Below are positions 10,008 through 20,197 of a stretch of DNA of 48,054 bases, one piece after another. The notes beneath the pieces are model-generated. The model was not told the origin of the DNA. It was given only the letters and a program-made list of their open reading frames with translations, and ran no database searches. Position numbers and translations under genes: made by a program. Source of the stretch: a virus (taxonomy: Duplodnaviria > Heunggongvirae > Uroviricota > Caudoviricetes); IMG/VR virus record IMGVR_UViG_2563366844_000004; one strand, written 5' to 3'. Each line of letters starts with the position of its first letter. Position 1 is the first letter of the stretch.

Positions 10008-13000
10008 TTAACATTCCCCCATCACGTCGCATATTTAACAGATTGCCCTGCACCCGCTGATCAACCATCCCCATAAGTGCTTTTATTGCCTGAGGGCCAA
10101 TCTCTCCATTCTGGCCGTCATTTTGAATAGTGATTTGGTATACAGGGGCATAGGTAATATCTCCGCCTCCATTACCACTTTTACTATTAATAGCTCTGAC
10201 ACCAAGAGAACCATCGGATGTTCGTGTTAATGGCATAATGGCTTCCGGACCAGCCTCACCAAAAACACCAGCCCCTTTTGCAAAAGCAAAAAATTGCGGG
10301 GAATCATAAATACCGTTCGAATACGTGTTCAATGACGGAGACTCATAAACACCGCCCTTTGCATTCGGAATAAATTTACTAATAGCACTCCCGATAGTTC
10401 CTAAAATCCCCCCCGAAGAACTGTTACTAATGCTGTCGAAAATCCCAGTAATTGAAGCCTTTAATGCTATTCGACTAAGATCCGAAATCACGGAAGTAGC
10501 GAAAGAACGAAAATTTGCCTTGCCTGTCGTGACAAAATCACCCAGCGCATCGGTCATTCCATCAAACATCTGAGTCGTGGTTGATTTTATCTGCTCACTG
10601 ATATCCTTAGTGTCATCCAGCCAGTTATTGAATCCCTGGGAGGCACCACTAACCCAGTCTCCTGCCTGAATATCGAGCTGCTCGTTTTTCTGTCTGACAA
10701 TTTCTTTTTCTCGTTCCAGAGCATCATTCAGAGCCTGCATTTTCTCCTGAAAAACATGATTTGACATCCCACGGGATTTATCTGCATAGTCACGTTCAAG
10801 TTGCAGACGCTGATTGTTATATTCACGTTCAATCCGCAGTAATTCCTGCTGGCGTTGCTGATTTTTATCGCCAACCCCATAACCAGCAATCTGAATATCA
10901 TATCCCTGTTGACGATTATCAATCGAAGCCTGCAATAAATCACGCCATGCAGCTATTTCGGCGGATTCCTTGATTAGCCTGTTATTTTTTTCAATCGCAA
11001 CATTTTTCTCCATCAACGCGGTTATTTCTTCCCGGTGTAAGAGAAGCGATTTCTGATCCTGGGTTAATTTCGATGACGGTCGTGACTCCAGGTCGGCAAT
11101 CTGCTGACGCCACTTAACCAGTTCCTGTTCAGAGGAACTTAATTTAACGGTTAATTCAGTTTGTGAACTTAGTAACGCATTCTGTTGATTCAGATGATCA
11201 ATCATTCGTTGGGCAGCATCATCCGAATAACCTTTCGCCTTTGGTTGCTTTGGATCTTTATAACGCTCATTTATTTGAGCGATAAAATTATTATATTCTT
11301 CCTTTGAATACTGACTCTTTAGCTTTTCCAGTTTTGCAAGTTCACTAGCTCTCTGCTGCTCCCGGGTCTGATATTGTTTTGAAAAGGCATCTGCTCTCTG
11401 TCTGAGTTCAATTCCTTCCTGTTGTCGCTTGTTGTAATCGTTTATTGATGAATTTAGGACGTCCTGAGCAATTTTTTCTGCTTGAAGTACGCCCAATTGC
11501 TGCTTTAATCGTGCCAGCCTTTTATTTTGAGCTCCGCCATCTCCAATGCCACCTAACCCGAAAACTCCGGGTCGGGTATTTTTTTCTATTTCATCAATTT
11601 GACGGAGAACATCTGAGATTTTTTGATCAAGGGAGGCCTCACGGCCAATGTCCAGCATGGAATCCCATGCCCATTTTGCGGAGTCTGCGACAGCTTTCCA
11701 TGCAGTCTCAAGATAACCAAGATTTTCTTTAATCTGGTTGGTGCGCTGGATCATTGAGGATGAGTATGCTTCTGTCGCAATGCGGGCGGCCTCCTGCTGG
11801 TTCCCTTCATCCTGTAGCGCCTTAATCTGGTTATAAGTCGCAATTGTCAGAAAATGGTACTGATCATTAAGTTTTGATATGGCACTGACAGGATCCTTTG
11901 CAATTTCATTGAAGTCATTAACCAGTTGTTCGGTTGATATTCCTGTTACTTCGCTCGTTTTTACTATCGCTGTCGTCACTTGCTCCAGCGAACTGCTCGC
12001 TACCTTTCCCGAACGCACAAGCTGGTTTAATACTGCCGCCGCAGCGCCAGTTGTCGAATCAGCCGCATTCCCGGCACGTTGAGCTATATCGGCCAATTGC
12101 CCGCTGGTTGTCCCCAACTGATTTCCGGTAAGAATAAGAGATTTATTAAATTCGTCCTGCTCCTGAGAGCCTTTATAGTAAGCCAGCCCTAAGACGCCAA
12201 CGGCTGCTGCGGCCAGGGTAAAAGGATTAATTAATCCCAGCACATAAGAACCAACACCTTTGATCGCCGGGCCAATCCCACCGAACATATCTTTTAGCTG
12301 GCCGCCCTGCTGCATTAACACCATAAAAGGCGACTGACCAGTGGACAACCCAACAACAATATCCGTCATTTGTGCAGGCAACATGCGCATAGCAAAAGCC
12401 GTTTGTTTTGCCGACATTCCGGTTTTGCTTAATTGAGATTGAGTAACCTCAAGCTCACTCCGCATAGCACGAAGTTTTCCAGAAAGTTCCTCATACATTT
12501 CAGGAGAGAGCATCCCCTTAGCTTTTGCTTCATTGAGCTGTTTCTGTTGTTCTACCAGACGATTAAAAGCAGTTCCGACAGGGTCAAGTTGAGCAATCAG
12601 ACGTTGCAAAGCAGCAACCTGTTCATCATGCGCTTTTGCTGCTTCTCGCTCTGCCTGAGCCTCTCCGGTAAGCTCTCGCCGTGTTTCCTGTATTTTTCGG
12701 CTATAATTCTCAAACTGAGAACCATTTATTTTCCCGGATGCAAACGCAGCATTAAGTTCATCCTGCTGTTGTTCAAGATTTCTTAGCGCCGCAGCCAGAG
12801 GGTCGATCTTGTCCAGCATTCTTTGAAAGGCCTGAGCCTGCGCTTCCTGCTGGGCGGCAGCAAGTTTTCCGGCCTTCTCGGCTTCTCTCTGCGCTTGCGC
12901 AACCCCGCTCAATTCCTCTGTGGTTTCATTAAGTTTACGGACAAGAAATTCATATTCTTCTTTATCAATAAGCCCTTTATCGAAAAATTTCTTTAATTCA

Positions 13001-13233
13001 GAATAGCGTCGACCGACAGTATCAATTGCGGCACCAACTGGATCAATAGCTGCTTTTAATTTTGCGAGCGCGTTCTTCTCATCTTCTGTTGCCTTAGTCA
13101 CTTTCCCTGCGCTATTTGCAGCAGTTTCCCCGGCCTGCGTCATTTTGACTAATGAGGAGGTCAGATTGTCAGCATTATTTTTTGCTCCAGTGCTATCAAT
13201 AATTATTGCGAGACGCGAGGTTTGCTCTGCCAT
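10000..13233 (-). CDS. Tail tape measure protein (H-like)
   Basis: 1077 aa, extended coiled-coil-rich sequence with Gly-rich C-terminal part, located after the G/T chaperone pair. Confidence 0.85.
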   Translation of the reverse strand: MAEQTSRLAIIIDSTGAKNNADNLTSSLVKMTQAGETAANSAGKVTKATEDEKNALAKLKAAIDPVGAAIDTVGRRYSELKKFFDKGLIDKEEYEFLVRKLNETTEELSGVAQAQREAEKAGKLAAAQQEAQAQAFQRMLDKIDPLAAALRNLEQQQDELNAAFASGKINGSQFENYSRKIQETRRELTGEAQAEREAAKAHDEQVAALQRLIAQLDPVGTAFNRLVEQQKQLNEAKAKGMLSPEMYEELSGKLRAMRSELEVTQSQLSKTGMSAKQTAFAMRMLPAQMTDIVVGLSTGQSPFMVLMQQGGQLKDMFGGIGPAIKGVGSYVLGLINPFTLAAAAVGVLGLAYYKGSQEQDEFNKSLILTGNQLGTTSGQLADIAQRAGNAADSTTGAAAAVLNQLVRSGKVASSSLEQVTTAIVKTSEVTGISTEQLVNDFNEIAKDPVSAISKLNDQYHFLTIATYNQIKALQDEGNQQEAARIATEAYSSSMIQRTNQIKENLGYLETAWKAVADSAKWAWDSMLDIGREASLDQKISDVLRQIDEIEKNTRPGVFGLGGIGDGGAQNKRLARLKQQLGVLQAEKIAQDVLNSSINDYNKRQQEGIELRQRADAFSKQYQTREQQRASELAKLEKLKSQYSKEEYNNFIAQINERYKDPKQPKAKGYSDDAAQRMIDHLNQQNALLSSQTELTVKLSSSEQELVKWRQQIADLESRPSSKLTQDQKSLLLHREEITALMEKNVAIEKNNRLIKESAEIAAWRDLLQASIDNRQQGYDIQIAGYGVGDKNQQRQQELLRIEREYNNQRLQLERDYADKSRGMSNHVFQEKMQALNDALEREKEIVRQKNEQLDIQAGDWVSGASQGFNNWLDDTKDISEQIKSTTTQMFDGMTDALGDFVTTGKANFRSFATSVISDLSRIALKASITGIFDSISNSSSGGILGTIGSAISKFIPNAKGGVYESPSLNTYSNGIYDSPQFFAFAKGAGVFGEAGPEAIMPLTRTSDGSLGVRAINSKSGNGGGDITYAPVYQITIQNDGQNGEIGPQAIKALMGMVDQRVQGNLLNMRRDGGMLSG

Positions 13234-13396
13234 TTATTAAAACTCCAGACAACAAAAAGCCCACCGAAGTGGGTTTCAGGCGACATAATAGTAGATATAG
13301 CGATTACGAGGCCACGCAATGCTTTTCTCCAGGAGCATCATCGATTTAATTAAAGACACCATCACATCTCTGTAACAGAGTGTACGTAATTAACAA

Positions 13397-13716
13397 CTAC
13401 ACACACTGATCCTGAAAATACTGGTCATCCAGTGCAAAGATCACTGCTTCAAACTCATCGCGCTCAATCAATACCGGATGAGTGGCTAAATATTCATTTA
13501 TCTCTGTCAGAGATAAAGGCAAAGGCACCCCGGTCATTCCAGCATAACGTCGGGCACGGGATATTACCGAATAGGCGTACAACAATTCCTTAAGCACCGG
13601 GTCTATTTCTGGTTCCGGTATCGGTGGCAACCTGAGTTTTTCTCGCTTCCATCTTGCCTTTTCCCCCCTTTCTCCCCCGAACTCCGATAACCACCGCTGG
13701 GCGGCTATGGCTTTTT
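13397..13716 (-). CDS. T-like C-terminal extension of tail assembly chaperone, expressed as G-T fusion by -1 frameshift
   Basis: Frame open in -1 relative to the upstream chaperone ORF from the slippery site to the stop at 13397; ORF track fragment 13397..13630 begins at a TTG. Confidence 0.6.
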
Positions 13717-14166
13717 TATCGTATCCTGCTTCTGCTGCTCTTTACCCTGGGCGATGCTGGCTGCTTCTGCAAGGATCTGCCAGTACAACTCTGGATTCTG
13801 CTTAAGCAGCGCGATCCCTCGTTCTGGCGTATATTCCAGTGCAACCTCAGCACCATTAACCAGTTCACCAACCCCTTTCCAGTCTTTCAGCAGATAACGA
13901 GCAGCATTATCAATGAGTAAATCATCAACAGAATCTACCTCGGAAACCTTTGAAATATCAAACTCCTTCGTTCCGACGTGCAAACTGGCATCCATTTTCT
14001 CAATGTGACGACGGATTAATGCATTACGGGAGCGATACTGATCGTTATCGCTGCTTGCCACCAACAGTTTTAACCCGTCTACAGGTTTTAAGTCCTTCAT
14101 TGGCGTAAACCAGCGTTCTCCACCGATGATAATTTTCTGATTAAGAATAAACATCCATAACCTCAT
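13705..14166 (-). CDS. Tail assembly chaperone (lambda G-like)
   Basis: 153 aa acidic protein immediately upstream of tape measure; slippery heptamer just before its stop codon. Confidence 0.65.
   Translation of the reverse strand: MRLWMFILNQKIIIGGERWFTPMKDLKPVDGLKLLVASSDNDQYRSRNALIRRHIEKMDASLHVGTKEFDISKVSEVDSVDDLLIDNAARYLLKDWKGVGELVNGAEVALEYTPERGIALLKQNPELYWQILAEAASIAQGKEQQKQDTIKKP
13711..13717 (-). other. Programmed -1 ribosomal frameshift slippery heptamer A_AAA_AAG
   Basis: Minus-strand reading ...ata aaa aag cca tag; heptamer A AAA AAG two codons before the G stop; -1 frame continues open into the T ORF. Confidence 0.6.
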
Positions 14167-14214
14167 TCAATGCGTCCCCCTGTAGTGCAGTACCACAGGG
14201 GGAATAACGGAAAA

Positions 14215-15177
14215 TCAACTAATCGCATCAGCACTGGCTTTTGCGATCACGGCAGTCGGGGAGCATTTTTTTCTGGTTATCGTAGGTGCTTCATCTGCTG
14301 CGGTAATGCTCAATTGAACCTGGATAATGTCAGTATTACCCCCATCAGGCCATTCACCTGACACCTGAACCTTCGGGAAACTGAAAGTGTATGCCCCCTC
14401 TCCATTCGAAAGCGTGAAGCTGAACGGAACTGTTTCTCCAGTCAGTGTTTTACTCCAGATTTCCCACGCGGCTTTAGACCATGAAAGCGTCACCGTACCG
14501 GACGGTGTAAAAGTAGTCGGAATATTTGCTCCTGCATAAGGCGAGCCAGTCCCGATACAACGCTGTGTCTGGAGTTTGTTATCGAACTGAATATCAAAAC
14601 TGTCGATACAAAAACCGTTACCTCCGGCAACACCATTCAGGCTTACTGCTGAAACCTCCTTAAACGAATAGCGTAACTTTCCTGCACTATCCACAGGTTT
14701 GCCTTTGATAAAATTCGTATCATCGGCCTTTGTTTCCCAGCCCAGCCCGGCAAAGGTTACGGTCGCTGTAATATCGCCGTCGTTAGGGATCTGCATTTTC
14801 CATGAGCCAACCTGCGCTCCTCTGACGACAGAGGCAATTCCGACATCGGACGCATAGGTCGCCAGAGAAAATGTTATTCGCTCATTCCCCATTGTCAGAG
14901 AATCGCCTGACCATTCCGCGCCGAAACAGGATGCAAGAAAATCATCATGTTGACCCCAGCGAAATTTGGTACCAACATCACCGCCGACATCCACAGTGCC
15001 AGGCGTCGCCCCCTGAGCCATCCGGGAGCCACCAATCTCATTATTTTCGCCTTTATTCTGGGTGGGTTTTACTCCCCAGCTTGTGCGTTTTAATAAACTC
15101 CAGTCACCACTTGCTGGCGTAGTGCCTGCAACTGTCTCCCGGATAAATGCCGAGATAACCTTTGCACCTGAACTCAC
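14215..15177 (-). CDS. Major tail (tube) protein
   Basis: 320 aa ORF immediately upstream of the G/T chaperone pair; order-based assignment, not lambda V-like in sequence. Confidence 0.55.
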   Translation of the reverse strand: MSSGAKVISAFIRETVAGTTPASGDWSLLKRTSWGVKPTQNKGENNEIGGSRMAQGATPGTVDVGGDVGTKFRWGQHDDFLASCFGAEWSGDSLTMGNERITFSLATYASDVGIASVVRGAQVGSWKMQIPNDGDITATVTFAGLGWETKADDTNFIKGKPVDSAGKLRYSFKEVSAVSLNGVAGGNGFCIDSFDIQFDNKLQTQRCIGTGSPYAGANIPTTFTPSGTVTLSWSKAAWEIWSKTLTGETVPFSFTLSNGEGAYTFSFPKVQVSGEWPDGGNTDIIQVQLSITAADEAPTITRKKCSPTAVIAKASADAIS

Positions 15178-15203
15178 AGAAGCCTCCTATGTCATTAATT
15201 GCG

Positions 15204-15596
15204 CTAGAGCGCGCGATATGGAATTTGAAGATTAAGCTGGAACCAGCCATTCTTTTCGCCGACGGCTATTGAGGAAACAGCCTGGTAACTGAGACGATCG
15301 TCATCCTGAAACTCAAACAGTTCCCGCAATTTATCGGCTGTCTCAGTAATGAGTTTTGAACCAGAACCTGCGGGGACAAATAACTGAATAATGATTATCC
15401 CCGTGCGATAAACAACCGGCCCCGCGCCAATTTCATTAACCCCAGCCTGCCCGGGAATATTACTTAACCGCGCCCAGATTAACTTACCGGAAGGATCGAA
15501 CGTTGGCCCGTTCGGATACAATACGTCTTTTCCATCAATAATCGTCTGTGCCGTCATTCTGGAAATAACCGTATTTCTGATTTCAGTAAACTTCAT
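15204..15596 (-). CDS. Tail completion / tail terminator-like protein
   Basis: 130 aa ORF in the head-tail joining block between capsid and tail tube genes; order-based. Confidence 0.4.
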   Translation of the reverse strand: MKFTEIRNTVISRMTAQTIIDGKDVLYPNGPTFDPSGKLIWARLSNIPGQAGVNEIGAGPVVYRTGIIIIQLFVPAGSGSKLITETADKLRELFEFQDDDRLSYQAVSSIAVGEKNGWFQLNLQIPYRAL

Positions 15597-15973
15597 TTGT
15601 AAGCCTGTAAAACACCATAAAAAGCGTTGGCATACACGCCAGTTGGCGCTTGTTGTGAATGACCGTTTTCAAGAGCCTCTGCATAAGGAAGGTTATTCTG
15701 GATATAAATAACCCCGTAATTTGCAGCTTTCGAAATAACCCCGATCCCACGCTGAACAGCAATCGTACCGTTCGGATCCACGTTATCAGATATACCAAAA
15801 TCGGGATGCTGTAACGACACCAGGTTGTTATTTCTGAAATGTCCGGTATCAACCGGAGCAGCAATATCAATAGCAGTAAGAATCTGCATAGCGATGTAGC
15901 GAATCTTCAGCCCTACATCTTCCTCAATCATCCCGGCAAATATTGACGGTTCTATATCCCATGCCTTTGCCAT
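15593..15973 (-). CDS. Head-tail joining protein (order-based)
   Basis: 126 aa ORF, overlapping start/stop with neighbours in the connector block. Confidence 0.4.
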   Translation of the reverse strand: MAKAWDIEPSIFAGMIEEDVGLKIRYIAMQILTAIDIAAPVDTGHFRNNNLVSLQHPDFGISDNVDPNGTIAVQRGIGVISKAANYGVIYIQNNLPYAEALENGHSQQAPTGVYANAFYGVLQAYK

Positions 15974-16357
15974 TTACGCTCTCCTTAACTGGATAGAGTA
16001 AACTGATGCGGAAGGATCTAAACTTGCTGTAATTACCTCGTATCGTTGTAACTGCCTTGATACAGGATCATAAATCTCAATAATATGGTCGACAGCTGGT
16101 TTATCCGTAACCTCGCATACCAGAGCGGTTAATTTAAGGTCACCATGCAAAATATTAATCCCATCAATTCTGCCCAGCTTATAACGTGTCAACACGCCTC
16201 GCCCGGTATAGATTGCGGTGGATTCGCCGCCAGTTTCCGTCACAGGATCCCAGTGCCGGTGCGTAACGTAAGAACCAGAAAAATCACTCACGGCGTCCGC
16301 TAAATCCTCATCAAAAGCAGCGGCAACCTCTGACTGAATCTCTTCACGAAGCCCCAT
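15974..16357 (-). CDS. Head-tail joining / head closure protein (order-based)
   Basis: 127 aa ORF in connector block. Confidence 0.4.
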   Translation of the reverse strand: MGLREEIQSEVAAAFDEDLADAVSDFSGSYVTHRHWDPVTETGGESTAIYTGRGVLTRYKLGRIDGINILHGDLKLTALVCEVTDKPAVDHIIEIYDPVSRQLQRYEVITASLDPSASVYSIQLRRA

Positions 16358-16752
16358 TATCCCCCCCTCACAACCCTGACTTGTGAGCGACTAAGTCCGT
16401 ACGGTTTCAGCAGTGCTATCGCAAGCTGTAAATCGGGTTCAAGCAATGCAGTGCTGTTTGCTGGCAACTCAGAAAATGATTTCGATACACTGACCCCGTC
16501 AGCCGACACGGCTTTACTGATAACAACGCCAGAATCATTTTTCTGCTGAAACAACTTACCGAATGAGGCAATTCTGGCTGCATATGCTCCCGCAAGTTTT
16601 ACCTCTTCCGGAATACGGGATGGGTTAATTTTCAGGTTGAAGCCATTAAGCCAGGCATTAGCCATTAAAACAGCTTTATTTTTAGCGTTCTCACTCGTCC
16701 AGGCGTTCCCAAACGCATTATCAACGTCATCACAGGTCACGTAAGTGATCAT
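16357..16752 (-). CDS. Head-tail connector / DNA packaging protein (order-based)
   Basis: 131 aa ORF in connector block downstream of major capsid gene. Confidence 0.4.
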   Translation of the reverse strand: MITYVTCDDVDNAFGNAWTSENAKNKAVLMANAWLNGFNLKINPSRIPEEVKLAGAYAARIASFGKLFQQKNDSGVVISKAVSADGVSVSKSFSELPANSTALLEPDLQLAIALLKPYGLSRSQVRVVRGG

Positions 16753-16755
16753 GTG

Positions 16756-16932
16756 TTACTCCTGAGTTTTCCAGCCCATAGCCTTCCAGTTGTCAACTTC
16801 ATCAGGATGAACATTAGCGATAGTTGGTGCGCCGGGAAACATCTGATAATCGGTCACCATAACCACTAACTCAATTTGCGTTTTTTGTGCGGCTTCACGC
16901 TGTGCTCTTTGCTCTTTAGTTAATCCGGCCAT
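16756..16932 (-). CDS. Small hypothetical protein (about 58 aa) between major capsid and connector genes
   Basis: ATG at about 16932, translation MAGLTKEQRAQREAAQKTQIELVVMVTDYQ...; stop adjacent to start of next ORF; below the 60 aa track cutoff. Confidence 0.35.
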   Translation of the reverse strand: MAGLTKEQRAQREAAQKTQIELVVMVTDYQMFPGAPTIANVHPDEVDNWKAMGWKTQE

Positions 16933-16943
16933 ATGCCCCCCAT

Positions 16944-16966
16944 TAAAAATGGGGCCGAAGCCCCGT
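16944..16966 (-). terminator. Terminator-like hairpin immediately after major capsid gene
   Basis: Plus strand aaaaatggggccgaagccccgttt: stem ggggc/gcccc, loop cgaa, T-run on minus strand. Confidence 0.45.
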
Positions 16967-16974
16967 TTGAATGT

Positions 16975-18114
16975 TTAACCAAGAATCAGACAACCATGTG
17001 CCGGCTTCACTGATGAAACACCCCATGCCAGTCCAACTTCATAGCGCACCTGGCGATACTGACGATACAGTGCAATCTGGAACGTAATCCCTGAAATCGG
17101 GTCCGTAACATTCATTACATCATCAGCATTATCGCCACCTTCCGGCATTGCCGGAGTACGGGATGCCAGCAGAAACGCGTTGCGATCAAACGCCATATTT
17201 GCAGTAAAGGCCCCAACAACTGTGATGGCAGTATCATCGGCCAGATCCTGACGCAGTCCGGGCGCTGCAAGAGTAATCAGATTGCTGGTCGCTGCTGCCA
17301 CAACATACTGATTCGGATCACCAGCGAACGTAACAATCTGACCTGCAGAAATACTCCCCGAACCAGTATCAATGGAAATAAGAACATCGCCTTCTTTTTT
17401 CTCTCCATTCACGAGATAACCAGTTGCAGCAACCTTTGGCGCTCGTTTCACACCTGCCGAACTGTGAATATTGAATCCCTCCAGACGCCCCAACACGCCC
17501 TCACGCAGTAGCTGTTCAGTGCCGGATTCATTCACTTTAAACAATACAGACTGTTTTCCGCGCAAATTAGCAATGGCAGTGGAGCCAAGCACCATCTGCA
17601 GATCGGTTGTCGGTGCGCCGTTATCCTCCAGAACCTGACGAGCCAGAGCAGCATCAGAAAGATCATCTTTAACACCAAACGGCGTTGTCCCTGCGGTTCC
17701 CACGGCGCGGGAAGCACCGAAATACAACGCACCAAGATCAGCCTCAACCTCGTTTGCAAGGGCGCGAAAAGCCTGCTTGAACTGATCAGCCAGAATGGTG
17801 TTGTAAGTCCCTGAAGGACCAAGAGCCAGTTGTTCTTCACCATTCCATTTAACCGGTGCCATTTTGGATTTAGTAATTTTTACATCAACAGTGCCAATAT
17901 TTTGATCACCGGTATTCGGAGCTGACGGCCCCGGTACGATATCTTCGGTTTTCGCCTCAGGCGCAACTGGCGCGGTTACCGTCTGATCTTTTGCTGCGGC
18001 GTCAGCTTTTGCGTTTTTTGCTACCGCAGGGATAAAACCTACCTGCTCACGGGATACAACATCCAGGGCGGTATAAATAGTCGGGATCAACCCGGTCAGG
18101 GTATTTCCAGCCAT
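16975..18114 (-). CDS. Major capsid protein
   Basis: About 379 aa from MAGNTLTGL (the track ORF begins 31 codons upstream); follows scaffold gene; followed by a terminator hairpin typical of highly expressed capsid genes. Confidence 0.7.
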   Translation of the reverse strand: MAGNTLTGLIPTIYTALDVVSREQVGFIPAVAKNAKADAAAKDQTVTAPVAPEAKTEDIVPGPSAPNTGDQNIGTVDVKITKSKMAPVKWNGEEQLALGPSGTYNTILADQFKQAFRALANEVEADLGALYFGASRAVGTAGTTPFGVKDDLSDAALARQVLEDNGAPTTDLQMVLGSTAIANLRGKQSVLFKVNESGTEQLLREGVLGRLEGFNIHSSAGVKRAPKVAATGYLVNGEKKEGDVLISIDTGSGSISAGQIVTFAGDPNQYVVAAATSNLITLAAPGLRQDLADDTAITVVGAFTANMAFDRNAFLLASRTPAMPEGGDNADDVMNVTDPISGITFQIALYRQYRQVRYEVGLAWGVSSVKPAHGCLILG

Positions 18115-18212
18115 AATTAAATATTCCTTAAAAATTTGCGTAATTGTGAATAGATGGAGTAATGAGCTATCCAGCCCTGACACCAGCTCCCATCCGGAAG
18201 CTGACAAATGTG

Positions 18213-18977
18213 TTAATCAACGATTGTGATACCGTCTTTCAATGCGTTTTGCTTACCTGCAACATCCAGTGCATCAAAAGCAGAGCGTTTCATCGTTTTC
18301 TGACCAATATCATGCTGTGTCGGACGGGAGCCGCCGCCATTGTTGCCACTGGCTTTCAGGATGTAGTCTTTCTGAGGGTAATTTTCGACAAGGAACTCCA
18401 GCGCCTCATCAAACTGCGCCAGTTCGCCAGGCTTCGCGCGGGAATAAATTTTGTTGCCGGAAGCGTCATAAGCAACGATCCTCCCTTCTTCCACTTTGAA
18501 TGCCTGCCCGAAGCGTGATTGTAATAAATCTGCCGGGATCGCAATTTTATCGGCAATATATTTTGAACCCGCAAAACTACCGCCAATCATAGAATCGTAA
18601 AGCTGCTTCTCCAGCATCTGAGAGCGTTGCTTTTCTTCATCTAATTGCTGCTGAAAATTTTTCGTAATTTCTGCCTTAACCTGGTCAACCTGTCCCGCAT
18701 CGAGCAGCTTTTTCTGGTCGATTTTTGACAGCATTTCCAGTGCCTCGATCGCCTTCTTCGGGTCTTCGATAGCGGCAAACTTAGCCAGTTTTTCCTCTGC
18801 AGCTTCTTTAGCCAGGCGATGATTTTTTGCCTCGCTATTAAGCTCTGTAATTTTTTTTGTCGCCAGCGGTGCATCGAAGCCAATTTCTTTACCATCGTCG
18901 TGCACATAAACTGGCAGGCCAGCAGTATCAATTTCTGCGTATTGTTTTCCGTTAATCTCGACCGTTTTCAGTTTCAT
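18213..18977 (-). CDS. Head scaffolding protein
   Basis: Probable start MKLKTVEINGKQ; charged coiled-coil-rich (EEKLAKFAAIEDPKKAIEALE...), located between head morphogenesis and capsid genes. Confidence 0.5.
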   Translation of the reverse strand: MKLKTVEINGKQYAEIDTAGLPVYVHDDGKEIGFDAPLATKKITELNSEAKNHRLAKEAAEEKLAKFAAIEDPKKAIEALEMLSKIDQKKLLDAGQVDQVKAEITKNFQQQLDEEKQRSQMLEKQLYDSMIGGSFAGSKYIADKIAIPADLLQSRFGQAFKVEEGRIVAYDASGNKIYSRAKPGELAQFDEALEFLVENYPQKDYILKASGNNGGGSRPTQHDIGQKTMKRSAFDALDVAGKQNALKDGITIVD

Positions 18978-19081
18978 ATTAGTACCTGGTTTAAGTCTTC
19001 CGACAGTTACGCTGCTCACCATCCGGATCGCAGCAATAAAAAAGGCCACCCGAAGGTAGCCTGTTGTAATAAATGATTTAT

Positions 19082-20197
19082 TTAAATCCCTGCTTTTCTG
19101 AATACCTGTGCATCACGCTCACGGAGCTGCTTCAGCGTCAGCCATTCGCCTTTATCGGTGTAAAATTCATCTGGCGACATACCACCATCCCGAATCAGCT
19201 TTGCTCGGGTTTCCCCCACAATCTGTTTTTGTCTGGTGTAAGGCTGACGCAAAAACCATTCCCTGTAGGTTGTATCTCCGGCCACCACGCCATCCATGCT
19301 GGCCCGCTCAGCCGGGGAAATATCGCGAACATCAATACCCAGTTCCTTCGCTGATTTCAGAATGAACGTTTCCGTTGAGCGGCAGCAGAAATGAATTTTT
19401 CCCGGCCCCTGCAAATAAGGCACGCTGTGACCTACAGGTTTATTATTCAGCGTATATTTGAGGCGATCCCTGATTCGACATTGTGGCGTAGTACGATTAT
19501 CAAGCGTTGATAACCATTGCTTACCCTTAATCAAATCATTATTCGCGCTGGCAAAACTCTCACGGGCAGTAGCAGCAAGATGTCCAACCGCTGTTTTTGC
19601 AATGCTGGCCGCATTAGCCCGGCTCATCTGCAATGCACCATCCTGAAATCCCTTACTGACATGTCCCCGAATTTTTCTTGCGATCTGCTCATTGGTATCC
19701 CCCAGCAAAAAACCCTGACGCACTGTATTTGTTATGCGTCTGAGCCGATCCGCCTCAAGATCTGAGGCCCACTCACTGAGCAGTCGTCCCTGAAATGGTC
19801 GCGCCATTGCAGCGGCATAAAGTGCATCAGGAGAGATACCAACCAGAGGGTGAACATCAGCAACAAAATCAGGTAGCATAGAATCAAACAGACTTAACTG
19901 ATAACCAGCCTCATAAATTGCCAGCTCGTTCAGCTCTCCGGAGAGACTGGTAAACATGCTGTTAATAGCAGTGCGGTTAACCTCTCTGACGCTCGCCAGA
20001 AGTGACTCCAGGCGCTTAACGGTAAAACTACCTGGATCGAGGCTGTCCAGTGCTATCAGCAGGCGAGCAGTAAGTTCCGCATCGCTGTCATTCAGTATTT
20101 TCACCATTCTGGCAGCCACGCCAGTGCTATAGCGGGATATCCAGACTGCATGAGCAATTGATTCATCACGCAGCCGTTCATTCACGGTTTGCATCAT
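19082..20197 (-). CDS. Head morphogenesis protein (Mu F-like / SPP1 gp7 family)
   Basis: 371 aa, immediately downstream of portal with overlapping start, typical portal-associated minor head protein position. Confidence 0.65.
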   Translation of the reverse strand: MMQTVNERLRDESIAHAVWISRYSTGVAARMVKILNDSDAELTARLLIALDSLDPGSFTVKRLESLLASVREVNRTAINSMFTSLSGELNELAIYEAGYQLSLFDSMLPDFVADVHPLVGISPDALYAAAMARPFQGRLLSEWASDLEADRLRRITNTVRQGFLLGDTNEQIARKIRGHVSKGFQDGALQMSRANAASIAKTAVGHLAATARESFASANNDLIKGKQWLSTLDNRTTPQCRIRDRLKYTLNNKPVGHSVPYLQGPGKIHFCCRSTETFILKSAKELGIDVRDISPAERASMDGVVAGDTTYREWFLRQPYTRQKQIVGETRAKLIRDGGMSPDEFYTDKGEWLTLKQLRERDAQVFRKAGI

